Source: Hungateiclostridiaceae bacterium UBA3934
GTDB taxonomy: Bacteria; Bacillota; Clostridia; Acetivibrionales; DTU013
NCBI GenBank assembly: GCA_002385815.1
Contig: DGEE01000120.1
Coordinates: forward strand, 1 to 60,571
Direction of reading: 5' to 3'
DNA: 60,571 nt
Of the stretch, positions 28,919-40,500 are shown one piece after another (positions within the stretch are counted from its first letter, which is position 1; every line of letters begins with the position of its first letter). The position numbers and the translations under genes were made by a program. The notes under the pieces are model-generated. The model was not told the DNA's origin and did no database searches. It worked only from the letters and a program-made list of their open reading frames with translations.

Positions 28919-30730
28919 ATGAAACGGGTTTGCAAGATTATAACTTTGATCATAGTTTCCATGCTGCTGACCTCGTGTCAGACTGGCCGGGAGTTCGAAC
29001 AGCTCCGGAGACTCCATGAGCGATATGAATCAGATATTACCGGAAACAAACATATCAACGAAGACGATATTCTGGACAGAGGCCCGGAAAAGGGAGGCAC
29101 ACTGAAGCTTTTCACGACAAAGCCGGATACACTCAATCCGGTGCTGACAACCAACTCGTATACTGCAGATTTTCTGGGACTCATATACGAAGGACTGACC
29201 CGTCTTGATGAAAACCAGAGGGCTTTGCCTGTACTGTCTGACAGATGGACTGTTTCCGATGACGGACTGATATGGGAATTCCACATCAGGGATGGTATCC
29301 TGTGGCATGACGGTGAGGCGTTTACTGCTTATGATGTGGAATTTACGATACAGACCATACTTAATCCGTCAATAGATTCACCGTATAAATCTCTGCTTCT
29401 AAATGTATCAAAATGCGTTGCAACAGATTCATCAACTGTAAGGATAGCATTGAAAAAGCCAAATTCCTTTACACCGGAAATGATGAGTTTCCCGATCATA
29501 CCTAAGCATCAGTTTTCAACTGTGGATGTCCTTACGGCATCAAGGGACCTTAAACCTGTTGGGACAGGTCCTTACAGATTTGTTTCATATGATGGAGCTG
29601 AAAATATCATGCTGACCCTTTATGATGACTGGTGGTGCCTGAACGCAGACCAAAATCTGAAATCAGAAGGCATGTATATCGAAAACATACAGGTCAATAT
29701 ATTCAGAAAAGCAGAAGATGCCATGGGAGCATTCCAGTCCGGAGATGTGGATGTGGTGGGTCTGGAACTGAATGAGTATCTGAAGTACATGGGAAGGACC
29801 GATCTGGCCATAAAAAATTATGCTTCCAGAAATTTTGAATTCATCACTCTTAACCTGAATGATCCCGTATTATCGGATATTTATGCCAGAAGGGCCATAG
29901 CACTTTCCATCGACAAGCAAAGCATAATAAAAGAGGTGCTGCGTGGGGCTGCTGTAGAGTCAGAACTGCCTGTTCTGCCCGACTGCTGGCTGGAAAACTC
30001 TGATGAAATCTTTCGCGGCGGGGGAAAAGACGCTTCATCCATTGATCAGGAGAACCAGAAGAGAGACATGACTGGTGGTGAAGACAAGACTCAGGCTGAC
30101 AGCGGAGATATGAATGATCCGGATGCTGCTGAGACAGTTGAGGAAGTGCTGACGCTGGGCGGATGGAAGCAAAACCAGCAAGGATATTACAAAGTGATCA
30201 GGGGAAGCAGGAGATATCTGACACTGGATCTGCTGGTCAATTCCAACAACAGTCTGCGTGTCCGGGCTGCTGAGATGATTTGCAGCCAACTTGAAGAGGT
30301 CGGCATTAAGGTCAACCTGATACAGCTTCCCTGGAATGACATGCTCAACAGGATCAATTCCGGCAAGTACAAAATGGCGATCATGGGATGCAGGGTTCCC
30401 CAGATACCGGACATATCATTTATGTATTCCGATGGTTATCTGACATATGCATCATCTCCACGGTATTCTGAAGCATGGAATGTATCCGGATACAGGAATC
30501 CGGAGGTCGACGAGTATGTTTCAAAGCTCTTCGGTGAAATAGATGAGGGTACAAGAAAAGAGACATATAAAGCCTTAAAGGATCAGGTTCTATACGATTG
30601 CCCGTATATCGGCCTTTATTTTCTGAAGGATGCAATGGTTTACGGCAAAGATGTCAGGGGGCCCTTGACACCGTTCACATGGGACAGGTTCAACGGTATA
30701 TATCATTGGTACAAGCCTGCACCCTGGTGA
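28919..30730 (+). CDS. ABC transporter substrate-binding lipoprotein, family 5 (peptide/nickel type)
   Basis: Signal peptide with lipobox LLTSC. Family-5 SBP-like sequence throughout. No permease or ATPase genes adjacent. Confidence 0.85.
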   Translation: MKRVCKIITLIIVSMLLTSCQTGREFEQLRRLHERYESDITGNKHINEDDILDRGPEKGGTLKLFTTKPDTLNPVLTTNSYTADFLGLIYEGLTRLDENQRALPVLSDRWTVSDDGLIWEFHIRDGILWHDGEAFTAYDVEFTIQTILNPSIDSPYKSLLLNVSKCVATDSSTVRIALKKPNSFTPEMMSFPIIPKHQFSTVDVLTASRDLKPVGTGPYRFVSYDGAENIMLTLYDDWWCLNADQNLKSEGMYIENIQVNIFRKAEDAMGAFQSGDVDVVGLELNEYLKYMGRTDLAIKNYASRNFEFITLNLNDPVLSDIYARRAIALSIDKQSIIKEVLRGAAVESELPVLPDCWLENSDEIFRGGGKDASSIDQENQKRDMTGGEDKTQADSGDMNDPDAAETVEEVLTLGGWKQNQQGYYKVIRGSRRYLTLDLLVNSNNSLRVRAAEMICSQLEEVGIKVNLIQLPWNDMLNRINSGKYKMAIMGCRVPQIPDISFMYSDGYLTYASSPRYSEAWNVSGYRNPEVDEYVSKLFGEIDEGTRKETYKALKDQVLYDCPYIGLYFLKDAMVYGKDVRGPLTPFTWDRFNGIYHWYKPAPW

Positions 30731-30829
30731 CCTGCTGATTTTAACGGCTGAAATATCAGGCAGCACTATGCCTCTGTATTCGACCAAAGAACCGAATCAC
30801 TGCAAACAACATTGGAAGGAGTTGCCTAA

Positions 30830-31312
30830 ATGCTCTGGATAATTATAACTTTACTTGTGATAATCACAGATCAGCTTACGAAGTATATCGTAGTAAAGAA
30901 TATAGAACCTTCGGATATGATACCTGTTATAGACAAGTTTTTCTATCTGACGCTCCACAGGAATCCGGGCGGTGCCTGGGGCATATTTCAGAACAATAGC
31001 ACGATATTCCTGATTTTGATACCAGTGATCGCAATCTTCGTACTTATCACCATCATAAGGAATAATGACAGGTTCCTGCGGGTGGTTCTGGCATTGATAC
31101 TGGGAGGTGCGATAGGGAATTATATAGACAGGATAGCCGGGGGAAAGGTGATCGATTTTTTATTGTTCTACATAGGTTCATATCCGTTCCCCATATTCAA
31201 TGTGGCGGATATAGCCGTGACATGCGGTACCATATTACTCGCAGTTTACGTTTTATTCATATACAAAGAACCGGAAAAAAAAGAACAGGGTGAGGAGCAA
31301 AATGAGGAATGA
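30830..31312 (+). CDS. lspA: signal peptidase II
   Basis: 160 aa, four TM helices, NPGGAWG and FNVADIAVTCG motifs. Confidence 0.93.
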   Translation: MLWIIITLLVIITDQLTKYIVVKNIEPSDMIPVIDKFFYLTLHRNPGGAWGIFQNNSTIFLILIPVIAIFVLITIIRNNDRFLRVVLALILGGAIGNYIDRIAGGKVIDFLLFYIGSYPFPIFNVADIAVTCGTILLAVYVLFIYKEPEKKEQGEEQNEE

Positions 31313-32222
31313 GACCTTCACCGTTACTTCGGAGGATGAAGGAAAGCGTCTGGATGTATGGCTCACAGACGTTCTTGGCAGCCTTTCCAGGTCCTATGTG
31401 GGAAAACTGATACAGCAGGGTAATGTGACAGTTGACGGGAAAGCGCAAAAAGCCGGGTATAAATTAAAGACAGGTGACTATATTGAGATAAGTATTCCTG
31501 AACCCAGGCAGATGGAAGTCAGGGCTGAAGATATCCCACTGGATATAATACATGAAGACAATGATATAATCGTTATAAACAAACCCAGAGGTATGGTCGT
31601 GCATCCGGCAGCGGGCAATTACAGCGGGACTCTGGTCAATGCTTTGCTGAAGCATTGCAGCGGCTCCCTGTCAGATATCAACGGTGTCATCCGCCCCGGT
31701 ATAGTGCACAGGATAGACAAGGATACTACAGGTGTGCTGGTAATCGCAAAAAACAACAATGCACATGCGCTATTATCCCGAAAGCTGAAAGAACATGACG
31801 TCAAAAGGATCTATACTGCTGTTGTCGAAGGTGTAATCAATGAAGAGCGCGGGATGATAGATGCGCCCATTGGCAGACATCCTGCGGACAGAAAAAAGAT
31901 GGCAGTCAATTTAAAGAACGGCAAGAGAGCCGTGACGTATTTCAGGGTACTGGAGCGCTTTAAGTCTGCAACTCTGCTGGAATTGAAGCTGGAGACAGGA
32001 AGGACGCATCAGATCAGGGTCCATATGTCTTATATAGGCCATCCGCTGGCAGGGGATACAGTATATGGCAGAAAGAAGCAGCTTTACGAAATTGATGGAC
32101 AGGCTCTGCATGCGGCTGTGCTGGGCTTTGAGCATCCGGGCACGGGTGAATACGTGGAGTATTCTGCCGAGCCGCCGGAGGAGTTCAAAAAGCTGGTGGA
32201 GAAGCTCAGACATGATAAATAA
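31302..32222 (+). CDS. RluA-family 23S rRNA pseudouridine synthase (RluD-like)
   Basis: N-terminal S4 domain (RLDVWL), catalytic HRIDKDTTG motif, TGRTHQIRVH. Overlaps the lspA end by 11 nt. Confidence 0.92.
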   Translation: MRNETFTVTSEDEGKRLDVWLTDVLGSLSRSYVGKLIQQGNVTVDGKAQKAGYKLKTGDYIEISIPEPRQMEVRAEDIPLDIIHEDNDIIVINKPRGMVVHPAAGNYSGTLVNALLKHCSGSLSDINGVIRPGIVHRIDKDTTGVLVIAKNNNAHALLSRKLKEHDVKRIYTAVVEGVINEERGMIDAPIGRHPADRKKMAVNLKNGKRAVTYFRVLERFKSATLLELKLETGRTHQIRVHMSYIGHPLAGDTVYGRKKQLYEIDGQALHAAVLGFEHPGTGEYVEYSAEPPEEFKKLVEKLRHDK

Positions 32223-32349
32223 AACTTGCAGGTTAGTGGATCATTAGCTTTCGAGACCTTATGAAAAAATGGGCATGGTATGGACGAACATGATCAGGGG
32301 TCAGATAAGGTATATTTGCCAGATAATTCTTAATATTTTGTAAAATATA

Positions 32350-32378
32350 TAGACAAGCTATAATTGGTATGTTAATAT
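32350..32378 (+). promoter_or_regulatory. candidate pyr operon promoter (TAGACA-17-TAATAT)
   Basis: Hexamers and 17-nt spacing read directly. Places the transcript start about 25 nt before the PyrR binding loop. Confidence 0.45.
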
Positions 32379-32399
32379 AAATTGAAATTCAAAAAAACC

Positions 32400-33096
<697 letters not shown>

Positions 33097-33098
<2 letters not shown>

Positions 33099-33125
33099 GT
33101 AGGGATGTCTCCTTACTCATTTTTT
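33097..33125 (+). terminator. strong hairpin with U-tract overlapping the pyrR stop codon
   Basis: GAGTAGGGA tgtc TCCTTACTC (9 bp including one G-U) followed by ATTTTTT. Begins inside the TGA of pyrR. Confidence 0.65.
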
Positions 33126-33184
33126 ACTGAGACCTGGAAGATATGTCTGGAAATCAACAATTCTGCAAAAAGGCGGTATACGGT

Positions 33185-34123
33185 ATGATCCTGAAATCGA
33201 AAGATCTGCTTGGACTTAAGGACCTTACGGCTGAAGAAATCGAATATATACTTGATACTGCAAGGACTATGAAATATGTGATAACGTCCAACAATAAAAG
33301 GACGCCGCATCTCCAGGGAAAATCCATAGTCACGCTTTTTTATGAGAACAGCACAAGAACAAGGCTTTCATTTGAACTTGCTTCAAAGTACATGAGCGCA
33401 AGCTCTGCAAATATCGCCTCTTCAGTGAGCAGTGTGGCAAAGGGAGAAACACTGATAGATACGGGAAAAACCATTGATATGATGGGAACCGATGTCATTG
33501 TCATAAGACATCCCCAGTCCGGCGCTCCTCACCTGCTGGCAAAGCACGTGAAAGCATCTGTTATAAATGCAGGGGACGGGATGAATGAGCATCCGACCCA
33601 GGCTTTGCTTGACTTGTTCACCATGAGGGAAAAGAAGGGTACTCTCAAAGGATTAAAAGTGGCAATACTAGGTGATATCTATCACAGCAGGGTAGCCAGG
33701 AGCAATACATGGGGACTTTTGAAAATGGGAGCTGAGGTAGCACTGGCAGGACCGGCGACGCTGCTCCCGCCAAAGATAGAAATGGCAGGCGCAAAGATTT
33801 ACAGCACTGTCCATGAAGCACTGATAGATGCAGACGTGGTCATATCACTGAGGATGCAGCTGGAACGTCAGAAAAAGGCGCTGTTCCCTTCTGTCAGAGA
33901 GTACTTCAGATTTTTCGGACTCGATGAGAACAGGCTGCGGCTGGCAAAAAAAGATGTGCTGATCATGCATCCCGGTCCGGTGAACCGGGGAGTTGAACTG
34001 ACAAGCTCTGTCGCTGACAATGAGCAGTCGGCGATAAACGAACAGGTTACCAATGGCGTAGCGGTAAGGATGGCCCTGCTTTATCTTTTGACCAGGAGGG
34101 GAGCACATGAGACTACTGATTAG
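33185..34123 (+). CDS. pyrB: aspartate carbamoyltransferase catalytic subunit
   Basis: Start moved to ATG 33185 ([14 protein letters not shown]...). STRTR, HPTQ and HPGPVNRG motifs. Confidence 0.95.
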   Translation: MILKSKDLLGLKDLTAEEIEYILDTARTMKYVITSNNKRTPHLQGKSIVTLFYENSTRTRLSFELASKYMSASSANIASSVSSVAKGETLIDTGKTIDMMGTDVIVIRHPQSGAPHLLAKHVKASVINAGDGMNEHPTQALLDLFTMREKKGTLKGLKVAILGDIYHSRVARSNTWGLLKMGAEVALAGPATLLPPKIEMAGAKIYSTVHEALIDADVVISLRMQLERQKKALFPSVREYFRFFGLDENRLRLAKKDVLIMHPGPVNRGVELTSSVADNEQSAINEQVTNGVAVRMALLYLLTRRGAHETTD

Positions 34124-35393
34124 AAAAGGACATATAATTGATGCGAAGACAGGTATCGACGGGGTTTATGACCTGCTTGCCGAAGATGGCAGGATAGTCA
34201 GTATTTCGGAACGAATCGATTCTGCTAACTGTGAGATCATCGATGCTGAGGGGAAATTCGTTCTGCCCGGTCTGGTTGATGCGCACTGTCATCTCAGAGA
34301 TCCCGGATTTGAATACAAGGAAGATATTGAAAGCGGCACCAGGAGTGCTGCCAAAGGCGGATTTACATCCATCGCATGTATGCCCAATACGAATCCGGTC
34401 ATCGATAATGAATCAGTTGTAAAGTATATACTGAATAAAGCGAAAAAAGAAGGATATGTGAATGTATACCCCATCGGAGCTATTACGAAAGGACAGAACG
34501 GTGAAGAGCTGGCTGAAATAGGGGAATTGAAATTTGCCGGTGCCGTCGCCATATCTGATGATGGTATGCCGGTAAAAAACTCGTCATTGATGAAAAAAGC
34601 TATGCAATATGCATCCATGTTCGATATTGCAGTAATATCCCATTGCGAAGATATCGATCTGGTCGAAGAAGGTGTGATGAACGAAGGTTACACATCGACT
34701 ATCATGGGGCTCAAAGGCATACCGGCGGCAGCGGAGGAGACGATGGTCGCCCGGGAATTGATCCTTTCGGAGTATCTTGACATACCGATCCATATAGCAC
34801 ATGTCAGCACTGCCTTGTCAGTGGAGCTCATAAGAAATGCAAAAAAAAGAGGGGTGAAGGTAACTTGTGAAACCTGTCCCCATTACTTTTCACTGACTGA
34901 AGAGGCATGCGCAGGATATGACACAAATGCAAAGGTCAATCCGCCCCTGCGTACTGCCAGAGATGTGGATGCGATCATCGAAGGGATCGCTGATGATACC
35001 ATCGATATCATTGCAACAGACCATGCCCCGCACCATATCGATGAAAAGAGAGTGGAATTCAATCTTGCAGCAAATGGCATGGTGGGCTTTGAGACCGCAC
35101 TGCCCCTTGCAGTGACAAAGCTGGTAAAGCCCGGCATCATCACTATGATGAAGCTGGTTGAAAAAATGAGTCTAAACCCTGCAAAGCTGCTGGGGATCAG
35201 CAAAGGCACACTTGAACCGGGTAGTTCAGCTGATATAACCATCCTGGATATCGATGCCGGATTTACAGTGGTGCCCGAACGCTTCGAATCCAAATCAAAA
35301 AATTCGCCATTCGGGGGCATGGATCTTTATGGTGTAGTATGGGGCACGATAGTGAACGGAAAACCAGTAGTAAGTGAGACTATTATACTGTAG
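34107..35393 (+). CDS. pyrC: dihydroorotase
   Basis: [10 protein letters not shown] metal site and ATDHAPH motif. Overlaps the pyrB end by 17 nt. Confidence 0.93.
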   Translation: MRLLIRKGHIIDAKTGIDGVYDLLAEDGRIVSISERIDSANCEIIDAEGKFVLPGLVDAHCHLRDPGFEYKEDIESGTRSAAKGGFTSIACMPNTNPVIDNESVVKYILNKAKKEGYVNVYPIGAITKGQNGEELAEIGELKFAGAVAISDDGMPVKNSSLMKKAMQYASMFDIAVISHCEDIDLVEEGVMNEGYTSTIMGLKGIPAAAEETMVARELILSEYLDIPIHIAHVSTALSVELIRNAKKRGVKVTCETCPHYFSLTEEACAGYDTNAKVNPPLRTARDVDAIIEGIADDTIDIIATDHAPHHIDEKRVEFNLAANGMVGFETALPLAVTKLVKPGIITMMKLVEKMSLNPAKLLGISKGTLEPGSSADITILDIDAGFTVVPERFESKSKNSPFGGMDLYGVVWGTIVNGKPVVSETIIL

Positions 35394-35406
35394 AGGAGTT
35401 GTACCG

Positions 35407-36360
35407 ATGTTTATCGACAAACTGATCGCCGGCATAAGGAAATTTGACAACCCGACTGTAGCCGGACTTGATCCGAAGCTGGAGTATATCCCGGCGAGTA
35501 TCAGGGAAAAGGCCTTCAGCGAATGTGGAAAGGGATTTGCCGGTGCCGCAGAAGCAATCATATGGTTCAATAAAAGATTGATAGATGCGCTCTGTGATAT
35601 TGTACCTGCAGTGAAGCCCCAGCTTGCATATTATGAGATGTATGGTGTTGAAGGGATCAGGGCATTCACTGAAACGTGCAGATATGCAAAGTTGCGTGGC
35701 ATGATGGTCATAGCGGATGCAAAACGCAATGACATCGGCTCTACAGCACAGGCGTACTCGGCCGCATATCTTGGAAAAACAGAAATAGCAGGTGAAAAAT
35801 TTGCTGCCTGCGATGCAGATGCTTTGACAGTCAATCCGTACCTGGGTATCGACGGCGTCAAGCCATTTATTGAAGAATGCAGTGCTTCAGGGAAAGGCAT
35901 ATTCGTACTGGTCAAAACATCCAACAAGTCTTCGGGGCAAATCCAGGACCTGATTACACAGGATGGGAAACATATTTATGAGAAAGTTGCCGAACTGGTT
36001 GATGAATGGAGCACTGCTGCAGTAGGGAAGAGTGGTTACAGTAGCATTGGTGCCGTGGTGGGAGCGACATATCCGGAACAGGCCGGAGTGCTCAGAAAGA
36101 TTATGAAAAGATCGTATTTCCTCGTACCGGGATATGGTGCACAGGGAGGTACTGCAAAGGATGCAGTCAGCGCTTTCAATGAGGATGGCCTCGGGGCTGT
36201 TATCAATGCATCCAGAAGCATTATGTGTGCATGGAGGTCTGATCACTGGTCACAGAGTTACGATGAGGAAAGCTTCGATCAGGCTGCAAGAGAGGAGGCT
36301 CTAAGGATGAAAGAAGATATCCGCAGAGCGCTTGAAAGCAAAAAAGACAAAAATGACTGA
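35407..36360 (+). CDS. pyrF: orotidine 5'-phosphate decarboxylase (long, type 2 form)
   Basis: Start ATG 35407 behind GAGGAG. GLDPK and IADAKRNDIGST motifs. About 317 aa. Confidence 0.9.
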   Translation: MFIDKLIAGIRKFDNPTVAGLDPKLEYIPASIREKAFSECGKGFAGAAEAIIWFNKRLIDALCDIVPAVKPQLAYYEMYGVEGIRAFTETCRYAKLRGMMVIADAKRNDIGSTAQAYSAAYLGKTEIAGEKFAACDADALTVNPYLGIDGVKPFIEECSASGKGIFVLVKTSNKSSGQIQDLITQDGKHIYEKVAELVDEWSTAAVGKSGYSSIGAVVGATYPEQAGVLRKIMKRSYFLVPGYGAQGGTAKDAVSAFNEDGLGAVINASRSIMCAWRSDHWSQSYDEESFDQAAREEALRMKEDIRRALESKKDKND

Positions 36361-36390
36361 TAATGTGCAAGTCTGCGAAAGGAGAATAGC

Positions 36391-39300
36391 ATGTCACGTC
36401 GTAATGATGTCAATAAAGTCTTGGTTATAGGTTCAGGACCGATAGTCATCGGACAGGCGGCAGAATTCGATTATGCAGGCACTCAAGCCTGCCGTGAACT
36501 GAAAGAGGAAGGTCTCGAGGTAGTGCTTGTAAACAGCAATCCTGCCACGATAATGACTGATACCAACATGGCAGACAGGGTATATATCGAACCTCTGGAT
36601 GTGGACACACTTAAGAAAATCATTGTTAAAGAGAGACCTGACAGCTTGCTGCCGACACTGGGAGGACAGACCGGTCTCAATCTGGCTATGGAGCTGGCAG
36701 AGTCCGGTTTTCTGGACGAAATGTGTGTCAAACTCCTGGGCACTGCAACACAAGCGATAAAAACAGCAGAAGACAGACAGGCTTTCAAGGATGCAATGGA
36801 AGCCATAGGCGAACCCTGTATTGCCAGCAAGGTAGTGACGACCCTGGAGGATGCCCTGAGCTTTGCAGAAGAGACAGGATATCCGGTAATAGTGCGGCCT
36901 GCATACACTCTTGGAGGAACCGGCGGCGGCATAGCTGAAAATATCGGGCAACTCTCCGAGATAGCTTCCCACGGACTGAGACTCAGCCGCGTAGGACAGA
37001 TACTGATAGAAAAATGCATTGCCGGATGGAAGGAAATCGAATTCGAGGTAATGCGGGATAAAAAGGGGAATGCAGTCACAATCTGCAGTATGGAAAATAT
37101 CGACCCGGTGGGTGTCCATACAGGAGACAGCATAGTAGTAGCGCCTTGTCAGACACTTTCTGAGAAGGAATATCAGATGCTGCATACTGCAGCCATTAAC
37201 ATCATAAAAGCACTTGAGATAGAGGGCGGATGTAATGTGCAATTCGCACTGCACCCCACGAGCATGGAATACGCAGTGATAGAGGTCAATCCCAGGGTAA
37301 GCCGCTCCTCTGCACTTGCTTCAAAAGCAACGGGGTATCCCATTGCCAGGGTTGCTACAAAAATCGCCATTGGCTATTCACTTGATGAGATCGGAAACAT
37401 GACCACAGGCAGGACGATCGAGCGCTTTGAGCCTGTTTTGGACTATATAGTGCTGAAAATCCCCAAATGGCCCTTCGATAAGTTCGTCAGGGCCAGAAGG
37501 ACACTGGGCACACAGATGAAAGCAACGGGAGAAGTAATGGCCATTAGTGATTCCTTTGAGGCAGCGCTGATGAAGGCTGTGAGGTCACTGGAGCTGGGGA
37601 TATTCACGCTGGAACAGCCTGTTTATAAAAAGTACAGCACTGCAGAGATAGAAAAAATGCTGGCAAATGTCGATGACGAGAGGCTGTTCGTAGTAGCTGA
37701 AGCTTTGAGAAGAGGCATAACAGTCGGCAGGATCAATGAAATAACCAGAATCGACCCTTATTTCCTGAATAAAGTACTAAATATCGTAAAAATGGAAGAA
37801 TCCCTCAAAACATTTTCAAAAGAAACACTGAAAGAGCACCATGTCCGCAGAGCGAAGGAAATGGGATTCACAGACAATGTGATAGCCGCCTATACAGGTT
37901 GTGATACTGAAGATATCATCAGAATGAGAAATGAAAAAGGCATAAAGGCATCATTCAGGACAGTAGACACCTGTACGAAAGAATTTGAAGCAGTTTCTCC
38001 ATATTATTACTCCACATACGGACAAGGCAGAAAAACAACAGATTCCCGGCAAAAGAAGATCCTGGTCATTGGCTCCGGACCTATACGTATAGGTCAGGGC
38101 ATCGAATTCGACTATTGCTCGGTACATTCCGTCTGGGCATTGAAGGAGCAGGGATATGAAACCATAATAGCAAACAACAATCCCGAAACAGTGAGTACAG
38201 ATTTTGACACTGCAGACAGGCTGTATTTTGAACCGCTGACCATCGAGGATGTTATGAATATCATCGAATACGAAAATCCTGAGGGTGTTATCGTGCAGTT
38301 CGGAGGTCAGACAGCGATCAAACTGGTCAATCAGTTGAGCAGGATGGGTGTCAGGATATTCGGAACACGGGCTGAGGATGTGGATGCAGCCGAAGACAGG
38401 GAGAGATTTGACAATATTCTGGAGGAGGTCGGCATTCCAAGACCTAAGGGCAGGACTGTCTTTACACTCGATCAGGCACTGGAAGCAGCTAATGAACTGA
38501 TTTATCCGGTATTGGTACGACCTTCATATGTACTGGGTGGCCAGGGAATGGAGATAGCCTACAACGATAATGACCTCATCGAGTTTATGGAGATAATCAA
38601 CCGGGTCAGGCAGGAGCACCCGATCCTGATAGATAAATATCTTATGGGTAAGGAGATAGAGGTGGATGCCATTTCTGATGGTGAGGAAATACTGATCCCC
38701 GGAATAATGGAGCATGTTGAACGTGCAGGTGTTCACTCCGGCGACAGCATATCAGTCTATCCGGCTTTATCACTCAGCCAATCTCAAACGGACAGGATAG
38801 TGGATTATACTGAAAGGCTGGCAAAAGCACTGAATGTTATAGGCATGATAAACATCCAGTACGTTCTGTACAACGATGAAATCTATGTCATTGAAGTGAA
38901 TCCCAGGTCCAGCAGGACAGTGCCGTATATCAGCAAAGTAACAGGGATACCTTTGGTGAATCTTGCAACGAAGGTAATGACAGGCGAAAAGCTCAGGGAT
39001 TTCGGATACGGGACAGGCCTGTACAGGGCTATGGACCATGTGGCCATCAAGGTGCCGGTCTTTTCCTTTGAAAAGCTCCATGATGTGGATACAAGTCTTG
39101 GTCCGGAAATGAAATCCACCGGAGAAGTACTCGGGATAGGTAAGACTTTCCATGAGGCACTATATAAGGGCATCTTAGCTACCGGCATGAAGCTTCCGTC
39201 TTCAGGAGGCGGGATACTGATGACAGTCAGGGATTCTGACAAAACTGAGCTTATAGAAATTGCTGAGCAGTTTGAGAAGCTCGGGTTTTCGCTGTGGGCT

Positions 39301-39603
39301 ACAGGAAGGACTGCCAGGATGCTCAATACCCATGGAATCGCGACAAATGCCGTGAAAAAGATAGGTGAGGGATCTCCGAACCTGCTGGATCTGATAGCTT
39401 CAGGCAAGATAGATCTTGTGATAAACACACCTACCAGGGGACGGCAACCGGAGCGTGATGGCTTCAAAATACGCCGCCGTGCAGTTGAAATGTCGATACC
39501 GTGTCTGACATCACTTGATACCGCAAGAGCTGTGCTAAGCTGTATCCGTATGAAGCAGCAGGGCATAAGTCCGGATGTGACAGACCTGAGCACATTCAGT
39601 TGA
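36391..39603 (+). CDS. carB: carbamoyl-phosphate synthase large subunit
   Basis: 1070 aa. Duplicated ATP-grasp halves (VLVIGSGPIVIGQAAEFDY and ILVIGSGPIRIGQGIEFDY). C-terminal MGS-like domain. Confidence 0.97.
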   Translation: MSRRNDVNKVLVIGSGPIVIGQAAEFDYAGTQACRELKEEGLEVVLVNSNPATIMTDTNMADRVYIEPLDVDTLKKIIVKERPDSLLPTLGGQTGLNLAMELAESGFLDEMCVKLLGTATQAIKTAEDRQAFKDAMEAIGEPCIASKVVTTLEDALSFAEETGYPVIVRPAYTLGGTGGGIAENIGQLSEIASHGLRLSRVGQILIEKCIAGWKEIEFEVMRDKKGNAVTICSMENIDPVGVHTGDSIVVAPCQTLSEKEYQMLHTAAINIIKALEIEGGCNVQFALHPTSMEYAVIEVNPRVSRSSALASKATGYPIARVATKIAIGYSLDEIGNMTTGRTIERFEPVLDYIVLKIPKWPFDKFVRARRTLGTQMKATGEVMAISDSFEAALMKAVRSLELGIFTLEQPVYKKYSTAEIEKMLANVDDERLFVVAEALRRGITVGRINEITRIDPYFLNKVLNIVKMEESLKTFSKETLKEHHVRRAKEMGFTDNVIAAYTGCDTEDIIRMRNEKGIKASFRTVDTCTKEFEAVSPYYYSTYGQGRKTTDSRQKKILVIGSGPIRIGQGIEFDYCSVHSVWALKEQGYETIIANNNPETVSTDFDTADRLYFEPLTIEDVMNIIEYENPEGVIVQFGGQTAIKLVNQLSRMGVRIFGTRAEDVDAAEDRERFDNILEEVGIPRPKGRTVFTLDQALEAANELIYPVLVRPSYVLGGQGMEIAYNDNDLIEFMEIINRVRQEHPILIDKYLMGKEIEVDAISDGEEILIPGIMEHVERAGVHSGDSISVYPALSLSQSQTDRIVDYTERLAKALNVIGMINIQYVLYNDEIYVIEVNPRSSRTVPYISKVTGIPLVNLATKVMTGEKLRDFGYGTGLYRAMDHVAIKVPVFSFEKLHDVDTSLGPEMKSTGEVLGIGKTFHEALYKGILATGMKLPSSGGGILMTVRDSDKTELIEIAEQFEKLGFSLWATGRTARMLNTHGIATNAVKKIGEGSPNLLDLIASGKIDLVINTPTRGRQPERDGFKIRRRAVEMSIPCLTSLDTARAVLSCIRMKQQGISPDVTDLSTFS

Positions 39604-39665
39604 AGACCTGTAATTTTATATTAAACCAATTTTACACTGGAAAATAAATCGATAGGGAGGTACAA

Positions 39666-40451
39666 ATGTCAAAACTGCTCAAGGAAGAGATAATCAGTGT
39701 GGAGAAAGCAACAGAAGGCATATACCGGATGACGGTCGCATCGGACTACATATCGGCCAATGCCGAACCAGGGCAATTCGTCAATATCAAATGTTGCGAA
39801 GGGGTGCAGACGCTGCTGAGACGGCCTGTGAGCATATGCTCGACAGACAGGGCAAAAGGGCGCTACGATCTGTATTTTCAGGTAAAGGGCGCTGGCACCA
39901 AAATACTGGCGGGTAAAAAGAGTGGTGACTTTATTGACATACTCGGACCTCTGGGCAGGAGCTTCGACCTGGATATAGGGTATCGCCGAATTGCCGTTGT
40001 AGGTGGCGGGATAGGGATATTCCCTCTGCTGTTTTTACTGAATGAAAGCAAAGCGGTTGTCAAAAGGTCATATCTTGGTTTCCGCTCATCAGGATATATA
40101 GTGCTGCAGGAAGAATTCAGGCAAAAATCGAATTCGCTGGAAATTGCAACTGATGATGGAAGTTACGGCATGAAGGGATTTGTGACTGATATGCTGGAAA
40201 GGGACATTTTATCCGAAGAATTTGATATGATATATGCGTGCGGGCCAACCCCGATGCTGAAGAAAGTAACAGAAATCGCAAAAAAACACAATGTTCGCTG
40301 TCAGATATCTCTCGAACAGAGAATGGGGTGCGGCTTTGGTGCATGCCTGACATGTGCTTGTGAGACCAGGACTGAAGAAGGCGGAAGCCAGTTTGTACGT
40401 GTGTGCGCTGACGGCCCTGTATTCAACAGTGAAGATGTGATTTTCCAATGA
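39666..40451 (+). CDS. pyrK: dihydroorotate dehydrogenase B electron-transfer subunit
   Basis: FAD/NAD-binding fold (RRPVSI) and C-terminal 2Fe-2S ligands CGFGACLTCAC...C. Confidence 0.93.
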   Translation: MSKLLKEEIISVEKATEGIYRMTVASDYISANAEPGQFVNIKCCEGVQTLLRRPVSICSTDRAKGRYDLYFQVKGAGTKILAGKKSGDFIDILGPLGRSFDLDIGYRRIAVVGGGIGIFPLLFLLNESKAVVKRSYLGFRSSGYIVLQEEFRQKSNSLEIATDDGSYGMKGFVTDMLERDILSEEFDMIYACGPTPMLKKVTEIAKKHNVRCQISLEQRMGCGFGACLTCACETRTEEGGSQFVRVCADGPVFNSEDVIFQ

Positions 40452-40500
40452 CCACATATGAACGTAGCACAATAATCTGTTAAGATATTATCTGGAGGGT

